Source: Burkholderiales bacterium
Lineage (GTDB): Bacteria; Pseudomonadota; Gammaproteobacteria; Burkholderiales; SG8-39
Length of the DNA: 64,000 nucleotides
Reading direction: 5' to 3'
Assembly (NCBI GenBank): GCA_049582445.1
Contig: JBAUTZ010000310.1
Location: forward strand, 6,419 to 70,418
Below, piece after piece: positions 18,848 through 28,200 of this stretch. Below the pieces are notes generated by a model. That model saw nothing but the letters and a program-made list of their open reading frames with translations, made no database searches and was not told the origin of the DNA. The position numbers were made by a program, and so were the translations under genes. Every line of letters begins with the position of its first letter. Position 1 is the first letter of the stretch.

Positions 18848-19546
18848 CTACCCGAGATCGAAGAGCAGCACTTCGGCGTTCTTTCCGCCCTCGAGAACGA
18901 TCTCTGAAACTTCGGTCGCCTTCAGGGCATCGCCCGCGGTCAGCGCCTGGGAATTGACCGTTATTCCGCCACGCACCACGTGCACATAGGCGCGCCGGCC
19001 CTGAGGCAGGCGATAAACGGCGCGCTCGGCGCCATCGAGGAGCGCCGCGTACATGTTTGCATCCTGGTGGATCGTCACTGAACCGTCGCGCCCGTCCGGC
19101 GACGCGACCAGACGAAGCTTTCCGCGCTTCGAAGCAGTGTCGAAATTTCTCTGTTCGTAGCCCGGCGCGATGCCGCGCACGTTCGGCTCGATCCAGATCT
19201 GCAGGAAGTGGGTAACGCTCGACTTCTCATGGTTGAATTCGCTGTGGCGCACGCCACTGCCGGCGCTCATGCGCTGGACGTCACCGGGCACGATGGTCGA
19301 GCCGTTACCCATCGAGTCCTTGTGCGCCAGCGCGCCCTCGAGCACGTAACTGATGATCTCCATGTCGCGATGGCCATGCGTGCCGAACCCCGTGCCGGGC
19401 TGAATGCGGTCCTCGTTGATGACGCGCAGGCTGCCAAAACCCATGTGACGGGGATCGTAGTAGTCGGCGAACGAAAAGCTGTGAAACGAGTCGAGCCAAC
19501 CGTGATTGGCGTGACCCCGTTCTGCGGCCCGGCGCAGTTCGATCAT
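18848..19546 (-). CDS. Pirin-family protein
   Basis: GFGTHGHRDMEIISYVLEG is the cupin metal site typical of pirin. Confidence 0.9.
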   Translation of the reverse strand: MIELRRAAERGHANHGWLDSFHSFSFADYYDPRHMGFGSLRVINEDRIQPGTGFGTHGHRDMEIISYVLEGALAHKDSMGNGSTIVPGDVQRMSAGSGVRHSEFNHEKSSVTHFLQIWIEPNVRGIAPGYEQRNFDTASKRGKLRLVASPDGRDGSVTIHQDANMYAALLDGAERAVYRLPQGRRAYVHVVRGGITVNSQALTAGDALKATEVSEIVLEGGKNAEVLLFDLG

Positions 19547-19560
19547 CGCGCGACCTCGTG

Positions 19561-19941
19561 TCAGGCGCTCTTGGCCTCAGAGGCCTCGCGCTCGGCAACT
19601 TCCTTGTGTACCTGCGCCATGTCGAGCGCCTTCGCCTGCGTGATCACCTGGTCCAGCGCCGATGCCGGAAGCGCACCGGCCTGCTGGAACAGCAGCACCT
19701 TTTCGCGAAACACCATCAGCGTCGGAATCGAGCGAATGCCAAACGCGCCGGCGAGTTCCTGCTGGTCGTCGGTGTTGACCTTGGCGAAAACCACGCCTTC
19801 GTGCTTGTCGGATGCGCTCTCGAATACCGGCGCGAAACCCTTACACGGGCCACACCACGGAGCCCAGAAATCCACCACCACCATCGGGCTGTCTGTCACG
19901 ACCTGCTCGAAGTTGTCCTTGTTCAGCTCCACCGTCGCCAT
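19561..19941 (-). CDS. trxA: Thioredoxin (126 aa, with a short C-terminal extension)
   Basis: The WCGPC active site is present. ATG at 19941 has an AGGAGA RBS. The longer track ORF upstream is unsupported. Confidence 0.9.
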   Translation of the reverse strand: MATVELNKDNFEQVVTDSPMVVVDFWAPWCGPCKGFAPVFESASDKHEGVVFAKVNTDDQQELAGAFGIRSIPTLMVFREKVLLFQQAGALPASALDQVITQAKALDMAQVHKEVAEREASEAKSA

Positions 19942-20006
19942 CCGCGCTTCTCCTGTACAAAATGGCACTATACCTGTCTTGGTCGCCCGCCGTGCCCGGA
20001 CCCGAC

Positions 20007-20891
20007 ATGAACTACATCGGCCGTTTCGCCCCGTCGCCGACCGGGCCATTGCATTTCGGTTCGCTGGTTGCAGGGCTTGCAAGCTGGCTCGACGCGCGCG
20101 CGGCGCGCGGCAAATGGCTGCTGCGCATGGAGGACCTCGACAAGCCGCGCGAGCAACCCGGCGCAGCGGACGCGATCCTGCAGCAGCTCGATGACCTCGG
20201 ACTGCACTGGGACGGACCTGTGTTCCATCAAAGCAGCCGCGCAGCGGCCTACGCGGCGGCGCTGCAGCGCCTTTCGACGCTCGGCGCGACCTACCCTTGC
20301 GGCTGCACGCGCAGCGAAATGGCAGATTCCGCGCTGGCAATCGACGGCGCGCGCATCTATCCGGGTACTTGCCGCGCGGGCCTGGCGCCGGGGAAAGCCG
20401 CTCGCGCGACGCGCGTTCGTACCACCAGCGACCCGATCGAGTTCGTCGACCGGGTTCAGGGAAGAATGGTGCAGTGGGTAGAACAGGAGGTTGGCGATTT
20501 CGTGCTGCGTCGTGCCGATGGCCTGATCGCCTACCAGCTCGCGGTGGTGGTCGACGACGCCGAACAGGGCGTCACGGACGTGGTACGCGGCGCGGACTTG
20601 CTCGACTCCACCGCACGGCAGATCTGCCTGCAGCGCCTGCTCGGATACGCTACGCCGCGCTATCTGCACGTGCCGATTGCAGTGAGCGCCGCGGGCGAGA
20701 AACTAAGCAAGCAGACCGGCGCCCAGCCCATCGATCGCGCGCAGGTCGCCGAGTGGCTGGCGCGCGCGCTGGCATTTCTCGGTCACCCGCCGCCGCGCGG
20801 GCTCGCCGCTCATGAGCTGCTCGAATGGGCGCTTGCCAACTGGGACGTCGCGCGCATTCCGCGGTTGCGCGCCTCGCCCGCAGGCCTCTAG
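20007..20891 (+). CDS. gluQ: Glutamyl-Q tRNA(Asp) synthetase
   Basis: IGRFAPSPTGPLHFGS (HIGH-like) and KLSKQ (KMSKS-like) are present, and the protein is a truncated GluRS of about 295 aa. An alternative ATG lies at 19962. Confidence 0.9.
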   Translation: MNYIGRFAPSPTGPLHFGSLVAGLASWLDARAARGKWLLRMEDLDKPREQPGAADAILQQLDDLGLHWDGPVFHQSSRAAAYAAALQRLSTLGATYPCGCTRSEMADSALAIDGARIYPGTCRAGLAPGKAARATRVRTTSDPIEFVDRVQGRMVQWVEQEVGDFVLRRADGLIAYQLAVVVDDAEQGVTDVVRGADLLDSTARQICLQRLLGYATPRYLHVPIAVSAAGEKLSKQTGAQPIDRAQVAEWLARALAFLGHPPPRGLAAHELLEWALANWDVARIPRLRASPAGL

Positions 20892-21790
20892 GGTACTCTG
20901 CGCGGCACGACGACCGTCAGCAGCGAGGCGATGACCAGGGCGAGCGCGGCGTACTCGGCCCAGCTTGGACGCTCGCCGAGGAATAGCATGCCGCTGATCA
21001 CGCCGACTACGGGGATCATCAGCATGCTGAGCGACGATACGGCCACGGGCACCGAAGTGGCGATGCGGGTCCATGCCCAGGTCGCGAATGCGAACGCAAC
21101 CAGTACGTTGTAAACCACCCCCAGCGCGGGCCACAGGCTCACGGTCAGCAGCCGGGACGGGTGTTCCATGACCAGGGCGGCAATGAAGATGGGGACGCCG
21201 CCAATCAGCATCAACCACGCGGAATAGGGTCCCGCCGGCATCGACATCGGATAGCGTCTCTGCAGCACGGTGCCGAGCGCCCAGGTGAACGCCGCCGACA
21301 ACACGAGCAGCGAGCCGACCGGGGCCGCCCTCAGGCTCACCGCGGCCTCACCCAGGAGCAGGCCCATGCCCGCCATGCCGAGCACCAGGCCGGTGACGCG
21401 GCGGCCGTTCATGCGCTCGCCGAGGAGCCATACCGACAGCGGAATGGCCCATGCGGGCATGGTGAACGCGAGGATCGATGCGCGCCCGGACGGAATCATC
21501 ATCACGCCGAACACCACCAGCGTGTTCCAGCACGTCGTGTTGAAGAACGCGAGCATCATCAAGCGAGGCCACTGCTGTCGCGGCACGCGCAGCCGCTGCC
21601 CGCTGAGGCGCATGACCAAAAACAGTACCGCCGCGCCCGCGCCGAGGCATATGCTCCTGAAGGTGAGCGGCGGCACCTCGCTCAGTGCCACCTTGATGGC
21701 GGTCCAGTTGAAGCCCCAGGCAAGCGTCAGGCCGGCGAGCGTCAGCCACAGCGCCCGCGGTAGCTGCCCGCTTTCGCGCCCGGCGCTCAC
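20888..21790 (-). CDS. EamA/DMT-family transporter
   Basis: 300 aa, about 10 TM segments, two EamA repeats. It overlaps the upstream gene by 4 nt. Confidence 0.85.
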   Translation of the reverse strand: MSAGRESGQLPRALWLTLAGLTLAWGFNWTAIKVALSEVPPLTFRSICLGAGAAVLFLVMRLSGQRLRVPRQQWPRLMMLAFFNTTCWNTLVVFGVMMIPSGRASILAFTMPAWAIPLSVWLLGERMNGRRVTGLVLGMAGMGLLLGEAAVSLRAAPVGSLLVLSAAFTWALGTVLQRRYPMSMPAGPYSAWLMLIGGVPIFIAALVMEHPSRLLTVSLWPALGVVYNVLVAFAFATWAWTRIATSVPVAVSSLSMLMIPVVGVISGMLFLGERPSWAEYAALALVIASLLTVVVPRRVP

Positions 21791-22839
21791 CGCAACGTTC
21801 CGCGCAATGCGGCGGCATGGGCCTCCGGATACACCATCGCGAATTTCTCCCCAAGCAGCAATTGCATATAGGCAACGTCGGAGTTGTGCAGCGTGGGATT
21901 CAGGTAGAAACGCGGCAGCAAGCGGGCCACCAGCCGGTGCCGGCGCGCGCCCTCGCTTTGCGCGTCGGGAAGCAAGGTGAGGTTGAAGCTCCAGAAACCG
22001 AGCCGCGCGTATGCGGCAAGCACGCGCACCAGAAAATCGGCAAAAGCCTCCAGCTCGTCATCGCTGCACTCCGTCAGCGTTGCCCGGTCGCGGAACATGC
22101 CTTGCGCGTCGCCCAGCATTCCTACGGGACAGTACGGCACCCACCAGTCCACCGGGCCGTGCTCGCCCAGCCAGCGCGAGCCGTCGCGACGCTCGGCTTG
22201 CGCAAGCGCCTCGCCGTATGGCTTCCCGTAACGCAACGCAAAGAGTGCCTCGGCCTCCAGTTCGCGGCGCAACGCGTTTCCCGGCGTATCGGTCACGATG
22301 ACCTGCATGTGCGGATGAACCTGCGACGCTCCCGAAGGCGGCATGTAGTTCCACGTGACGACGCCGTAGACGGCGCGCTCGCCCAGCCCGGGCGCCGCAA
22401 GGGAGATGAAATCGCGGGCCAGCTTGAGCGAATCGGCGACCGTGCGCGCCGGCACCCGGTCCATTGGCAGGAAGTGCGCCCGCGACATCACCAAGATCGC
22501 GGAAACGTCGTCGTAGGGAAAAAGGTTCGGCACCAGCAGGGCCTCGCCGCGCGCCATGCGTCCGCCGGGCAACAATGCCTCCGGATAGCGGGGCGTAACC
22601 CGCTCGATGATCTGCGGGCAGAAGGGGCAATGCGGCTCCGATGCCTCGAGCAGCGGCGTGAGATCGGGAACCTCCCGCTTCGGTACTGCAAAGTGACAGA
22701 TGCGGGCGGTGTCGCCGGTGAGCGGGTCGTAGCGCACTTCGCTTTCGATCTCGCTCAGCTCGAAATTCCGTCGCGGATCGTGAAGTCGCGCGACCTTCTT
22801 CACCGCCCGGTAAGTGATCGGATCAGGCATGCCGCGCAC
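21787..22839 (-). CDS. GalT/HIT-superfamily nucleotidyltransferase-like protein (galactose-1-phosphate uridylyltransferase fold)
   Basis: The CPFCP zinc-type motif and an HPHMQ nucleotidyl-histidine motif (compare GalT HPHGQ) are present. The start is GTG 22839 or ATG 22830. Confidence 0.55.
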   Translation of the reverse strand: MRGMPDPITYRAVKKVARLHDPRRNFELSEIESEVRYDPLTGDTARICHFAVPKREVPDLTPLLEASEPHCPFCPQIIERVTPRYPEALLPGGRMARGEALLVPNLFPYDDVSAILVMSRAHFLPMDRVPARTVADSLKLARDFISLAAPGLGERAVYGVVTWNYMPPSGASQVHPHMQVIVTDTPGNALRRELEAEALFALRYGKPYGEALAQAERRDGSRWLGEHGPVDWWVPYCPVGMLGDAQGMFRDRATLTECSDDELEAFADFLVRVLAAYARLGFWSFNLTLLPDAQSEGARRHRLVARLLPRFYLNPTLHNSDVAYMQLLLGEKFAMVYPEAHAAALRGTLR

Positions 22840-22942
22840 GATGTCTCGAATCGGCGCCCTCGGGTAGCGGTTTCGGCGAAACAGGCCGCCGGGGGGCCTT
22901 TGTGCGACACATCAACAGGTTAGGTTGCATTGCACAAGAGCC

Positions 22943-22970
22943 TTGACTTTTAAGGCGATCGGCCTAGAAT
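22943..22970 (+). promoter_or_regulatory. Putative sigma70 promoter of the phasin gene
   Basis: TTGACT (22943..22948), a 16-nt spacer, then TAGAAT (22965..22970). It is bracketed by TGC-N3-GCA motifs at 22926..22934 and 22980..22988. Confidence 0.5.
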
Positions 22971-23064
22971 TCACATTGCTGCACCGCACCAAACAGCGGT
23001 TTGAGGCAGCCCGGATCGAAGCCAGACCAGATTTCTTACTCATCGCCAGTACAGGAGCCACATC

Positions 23065-23607
23065 ATGTATGTAACCCCGGAACAAATCCAAGCGGCCAAC
23101 AAGGCCAACGTCGAAGCCGTTCTCTCGCTCGCCGCGACCCAGTTTGCAGCGCTCGAGAAACTCGGCAGCCTCCACGCCAACGCAGTCAAGGCAGCGTTCG
23201 AAGACTCGCTCGCAAATACGCGCGCGCTGCTGGGCGCGAAGGACGTGCAGGAGTTCGTGAATCTGCAAAGCACCCTCGCCCAGCCCGCAATCGAGAAGGC
23301 GATCGCCTACTCGAAGAGCGCGTATGAAGTCGCAACCGAGGCGAACGCCGAATTCTCGAAGATGGCGGAAAAGCGCATCGCCGAGTGGAACGAAAACTTC
23401 GTGTCCATGCTCGACAAGGCGACCAAGAACGCCCCCGCCGGCTCGGACGTCGCCGTCGCGGCCGTCAAGTCGATGCTCGCCGCTGCGAACTCGGCGTATG
23501 ACAATTTCAACAAAGTCGCCAAGCAAGCAACCGAAATCGCCGAAGCCAATGTCACGGCTGCGACCGAGACGGTGAAGGGGCTCAGCAAAGCAAAAAAGGC
23601 CGCCTGA
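23065..23607 (+). CDS. phaP: Phasin (PHA granule-associated protein)
   Basis: An Ala-rich amphipathic helical protein. The N terminus TPEQIQAANKANVEAVLSLAATQFAALEKL is typical of the TIGR01841-type phasin family. Confidence 0.85.
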   Translation: MYVTPEQIQAANKANVEAVLSLAATQFAALEKLGSLHANAVKAAFEDSLANTRALLGAKDVQEFVNLQSTLAQPAIEKAIAYSKSAYEVATEANAEFSKMAEKRIAEWNENFVSMLDKATKNAPAGSDVAVAAVKSMLAAANSAYDNFNKVAKQATEIAEANVTAATETVKGLSKAKKAA

Positions 23608-23704
23608 GTTCCGCTGCGCGGAGACGCCCGAAAACCGGCGTCCGGCGCGGTAAGGGACCAAGCGCGACGCGGGCTACAAGGCCGGCGAAGCGCAAGTAAC
23701 ACCA

Positions 23705-23730
23705 GGGCCCGGGAGATCCCCGGGCCTTTT
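23705..23730 (+). terminator. Rho-independent terminator after the phasin gene
   Basis: GGGCCCGGG-agat-CCCCGGGCC followed by TTTT. It abuts the stop of the convergent cinA-like gene. Confidence 0.6.
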
Positions 23731-24491
23731 CATTTTCCGGGCTCGCGAAACGGAAATCCCGCCTCGCGCACGCCGGCGCGGATCTGCTCCATCGCCTGCG
23801 CGACCTGCGTCGGGTCGCCGCGCACCCCGAGCTCCACGTGGCGCCGGCTGCCGTCTTCGCCCATCGACGGCAGGCTGAAGACTTTCACGCCGGGATAGGT
23901 CGCTCCCACCGACTCCATGACCGGGATGAGCTGGCTTTCGCCCGCCTCGAACACGAGGATCGACGCTTCGGACCATCGGTCGCGGTCCGCCAAATGGCGG
24001 TAACGGTGGTCCAGCACCCATTCCACCATGGGCCACGCCATCTGCGGAAAACCGGGCACGAAATGATGCTCCCGTATGGAGAAGCCCGGCACCCGGTTGA
24101 CCGGATTGGGAATGATCTGCGCGCCCTCGGGAAACTCGACCATCTTTAGACGCTGGGGCGTAAGCTCGTCTCCGAAGCGCGCGCGCAATTCCTGCTCGCC
24201 CTGCGGATGCACGGCGACCGCAACGCCGAGCGCCGACGCGGCGCATTGGCGAGTGTGGTCGTCGGGAGTGGCGCCGATGCCGCCGAAGCTGAACACGATG
24301 TCGCCCGCGGCGAAGGTGCGCCTGAGCGCAGCGGTCAGCCGTGCCGGGTCGTCACCGTGGTACTCGCAGTACGCGAGGCGCAGTCCGCGCTTGGCAAGCG
24401 CCGTGACCGCAAACGCGAAGTGCTTGTCCTGGCGCTTGCCGACGAGGATCTCGTCGCCGATCACCAGCGCGCCGATCGCGGCATGGGTCAT
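23730..24491 (-). CDS. CinA-like molybdopterin-binding (MoCF_biosynth) domain protein
   Basis: GALVIGDEILVGKRQDKH and FSFGGIGATPDD are typical of the MoaB/Mog/CinA fold. Confidence 0.7.
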   Translation of the reverse strand: MTHAAIGALVIGDEILVGKRQDKHFAFAVTALAKRGLRLAYCEYHGDDPARLTAALRRTFAAGDIVFSFGGIGATPDDHTRQCAASALGVAVAVHPQGEQELRARFGDELTPQRLKMVEFPEGAQIIPNPVNRVPGFSIREHHFVPGFPQMAWPMVEWVLDHRYRHLADRDRWSEASILVFEAGESQLIPVMESVGATYPGVKVFSLPSMGEDGSRRHVELGVRGDPTQVAQAMEQIRAGVREAGFPFREPGK

Positions 24492-25234
24492 GGGCGAAGC
24501 ACCTCACCCTCGATCGGCGCTTGGCGCAGCGCCTCGAGCTCGGCCAGCAGGTAGTGAATGAACGCGAGTCCGAACAGCACCGGTGCGAACAGCCCCAGAA
24601 TTGGAACGTACGCCACGAGGGCCAGCACCACGCCGAGCAGATACATCGATACGCGTCGCTGCGCGAACACGGTTCGCATCTCATGCGCGTCCGCATGCTC
24701 GGCGAGCGCGTCGTAGCGCAGGATCCTCTGGTTGACCCAGCCCAGGATGACGACCGGAATTGCCGGCCACAGCGGCGGAAAGATCCAGAACGGCGCGCTT
24801 GCGATACCGAGCAGTACGAGCCCTAGCACCCCCACCGCGCTGTTCCAGACGCTGCCCGCGAAGCTGCCGCCGCGACGTCGCTCGAGAGAGGGGAATGCGC
24901 GCCCGGCGACATAGTCGACCATCGCCGGCATGCCGAACACGCCCAGTATCAGCAGCGCGGAGAGCTGAATCAGCGGCACCAGGCCAACGATCACCAGAAT
25001 CTTCGCCGCAAACAGCGCGGCGCTGCTCGCGTCCCACTGTACGAAGAAAGTCGCGGTCTCCATCCAGTGGCGCAGGACATCGGCGAGCCAAAGCACGAGC
25101 CCGGTCCAGGACCAGACAGCCACCAATCCCCAGAATCCTGCCGCGATCAGCACCGGCCACAGCATCAGCCAGAGCATGCGTGGATGCAGAATGTTGCCGA
25201 GAGCGAACGAAAGCGAGGGGCCGATACCGCGCAT
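24488..25234 (-). CDS. EI24/CysZ-like integral membrane protein
   Basis: The start is set at ATG 25234 (MRGIGPSLSF...). It has about 5-6 TM helices. The track ORF upstream of 25234 is Arg/Ala-rich, low-complexity sequence. The family call is tentative. Confidence 0.55.
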   Translation of the reverse strand: MRGIGPSLSFALGNILHPRMLWLMLWPVLIAAGFWGLVAVWSWTGLVLWLADVLRHWMETATFFVQWDASSAALFAAKILVIVGLVPLIQLSALLILGVFGMPAMVDYVAGRAFPSLERRRGGSFAGSVWNSAVGVLGLVLLGIASAPFWIFPPLWPAIPVVILGWVNQRILRYDALAEHADAHEMRTVFAQRRVSMYLLGVVLALVAYVPILGLFAPVLFGLAFIHYLLAELEALRQAPIEGEVLRP

Positions 25235-25242
25235 GGTGCTCA

Positions 25243-28200
25243 CTATTGTGCGTGCCTGATACTTTGCCACAACTTCGTCAGGCGCTTGACCGACACCGGG
25301 ACCGGCGTCCTCAGGCCCTGCGCGAACAGTGACACGCGCAGCTCCTCGAGCAGCCAGCGAAACTGCTCGATCTCCGGCCCCGGCAATCCCTGCTTCTGCC
25401 GCGCAACGTACTCGCGCTGCCAGGCGGCCTGCAGCGGCGCGAATTCCGCCATCAGGCGCGCATCGCGTACCGGGTCGGCGCGCAGCTTGTCGAGGCGCAG
25501 CGCGGCCGCCTTTAGATAGCGGGGGAATTGCTGCACGCGTTCCCACGGCGTGCGAGAGAGGAAATGCGGCTGCAGCAGTCGGCCGATTGCCGCCTGCACG
25601 TCCTCCACGGCCTGCGGGAACGCCTTGCCGGCCGCCGCCAGGCGCTTATGCACCTGTGCGTGCTCGGCGAGGATCGTGGCGATCGTGCGCAGGATTTCCT
25701 GCGCGATGAGATTGAGCCGGCTGCGCCCTTCCTCCACGCGTCGCTCGAAATCCGACTGCCGGGTAGGCAGCGATTCTGCGAGGAACGCGCGCTCCAGCGC
25801 CGCGCTAACGACTTCGTCCTTCAGCTCCACCTCGCGCGAGAGCTGCGAGAATTGCAGATTGAGCGCGTTGTCCTTGACCACCGATTTCTCGATATCGCGA
25901 ATGCGCTCCCGAAACGCGATCATCAGCAGGCGCTTCACCCCGGCCCGATGCACCTCGCGGGCACGCTCCGGCGAATCGAATACCTGCAGCGTCACGCCGT
26001 CGCCGGCATCAGCCAGGGCCGGATAACCCACCATCGTGCGGCCGCCGCGTTCGATCTCCATGATCTCCGCCAGGTCGCCGAAGGTCCAGGATCCGTAAAG
26101 CTCCCCTTCCGCGGCGGGGAGCTGCTCCTGCAGCACCGCTTCGGTCGCGCCGGCGAGCTCGCGCTTGAGCGCGCCGAGATTCCGCCCCAGGGCGAGTTGC
26201 CGGCCGTGCTCGTCGATCACGCGAAAGTTCATGTGCAGGTGCGGCGGGGCAGAGTCGGGTCGGAATGCATCAACCGGCACCTCGAGGTTGAGCTCGCCCC
26301 TGATATGGCGCGACAGCGCGGTCGCGAGCGGCACGTCTGCGGGTTTCTCCGCCGCAACGAAGGCCTCGGCGAACGCCTCGAGCGGGCCGAGCCTGTGGCG
26401 CAGTCGTTGCGGAAGCGACTTGGCGAGCAGCCGCACCTTCTCCTTGAGCAGCCCCGGCACTAGCCACTCGCAGCGCGCCGCCGGCACCTGGTTAAGCAGC
26501 GCCACGGCGACGGTCATGGTGATTCCGTCGCGCGGCGAGCCGGGCTCGAAGTGGTACTCGAGCTCGAAGGCGTTCGGCCCGAGCTGCAGTCGCGGCGGGA
26601 AGTTCTCCGTGGTGATGCCGGCGGCCTCGTGCCGCATGAGGTCGCCACGCTCGAGATACAGCAGCCTCGGGTTCGCGCGCTCGGCTTCCTTCCTCCATTT
26701 CTCGAAATCGGCACCGTTGTGGAGTCCCTCGGGCAGGCGGGCGTCGTAGAACGCGTAGATCAGCCCGTCGTCGACCAGGATGTCGGGCCGGCGAGACTTG
26801 TGCTCAAGCTTCTCGATGTCGCGCAACAGCCGCCGGTTGTGTTCGAAGAAGGGAGCGCGCGTGTCGAAGTCTCCTTCGACCAGCGCCGAGCGGATGAATA
26901 TCTCGCGCGCCAGTTCCGGCTCGAGCGGCCCGTAATGGATGCGCCGGTTGACGTACACCGGCAGCCCGTACAACGTGCCGCGCTCCAGCGCCACGACCTG
27001 CGCGCGCGCCTTTTCCCAGTGCGGGCGCTCGCGGTGCCGCTTGATCAGGTGCGCCCCGAGCTCCTCCAGCCACTGCGTCTCGATCGACGCCACGGTGCGC
27101 GCGTAAAGGCGGGTCGTTTCGACCAGCTCGGCGGCGACAATCCACTTTCCCGGCTTCTTGGCCCAGGAGCCTGGATGCACCGAGAACTTGATGCCGCGCG
27201 CGCCCGTGTAGCCACCGCCCTCCTCGTCCCGCAGGCCGACGTTGCCGAGCAGACCCGCAAGGAGCGCACGGTGGAGCGCACGGTAGCCCTCGGCCCTGGC
27301 CGGGTCGGCACTCGAGGCGCGCCAACCCATCTCGGCGACCGTCGCATGCAGCTGACCGTGAACGTCGCGCCACTCGCGCATCCGGGGGATCGAAATGAAA
27401 TTCTCGCGACAGGCCTTTTCCCATTTTCCCTCGAACAGCTTCCACATCTTCAGGTAAGCGAGGAAATCGGAGCGCTCGTCGGCATAGCGCGCGTGGCGCT
27501 CGTCCGCCGCCGCCGGATTTTCCATCGGTCGCAAGCGCGGGTCCTGAGCCGACAGCGCCGCAGCGATCACCAGAACCTGATCGAGGCAGCCTTCGCGCCG
27601 CGCCGCGATCAGCATGCGACCAACCCGTGGATCGAGCGGCAGCCTGGCGAGCTCGCGGCCCACGTCGGTCAATTCGTTGGCCTCGTCGACCGCGCCCAGC
27701 TCGGCGAGCAGCGCGTAGCCATCGGCGATGGCGCGTGGGACGGGCGGGTCGAGGAAGGGAAATTCCTCGACGTTCCCGAGGCCGAGGCTCTTGGCGCGCA
27801 GGATCACGGCGGCGAGCGAGGAGCGCAGGACTTCCGGTTCGCTGTAGGGTGGGCGCCCCTCGTAGTCCGCCTCGGAATAGAGTCGCACGCAGATGCCGTC
27901 ACGTACACGACCGCAGCGCCCGGCACGCTGCGTGGCGGCTGCCTGCGAGACGTTCTCGACGCGCAGCTGCTCGACCTTGTTGCGGTAGCTATAGCGCTTG
28001 ACGCGCGCCAGCCCGGTGTCGACGACGTAGCGGATGCGCGGCACCGTGAGCGAGGTTTCCGCCACGTTGGTGGCGAGTACGATGCGGCGCGCCGCACCGG
28101 GCCGGAACACGCGGTCCTGCTCCGCCGTCGACAGGCGGGAGTAAAGGGGCAGGATCTCGGTATGAGGCGGATGGTGCTTGCGCAGCACTTCGGCGGCGTC

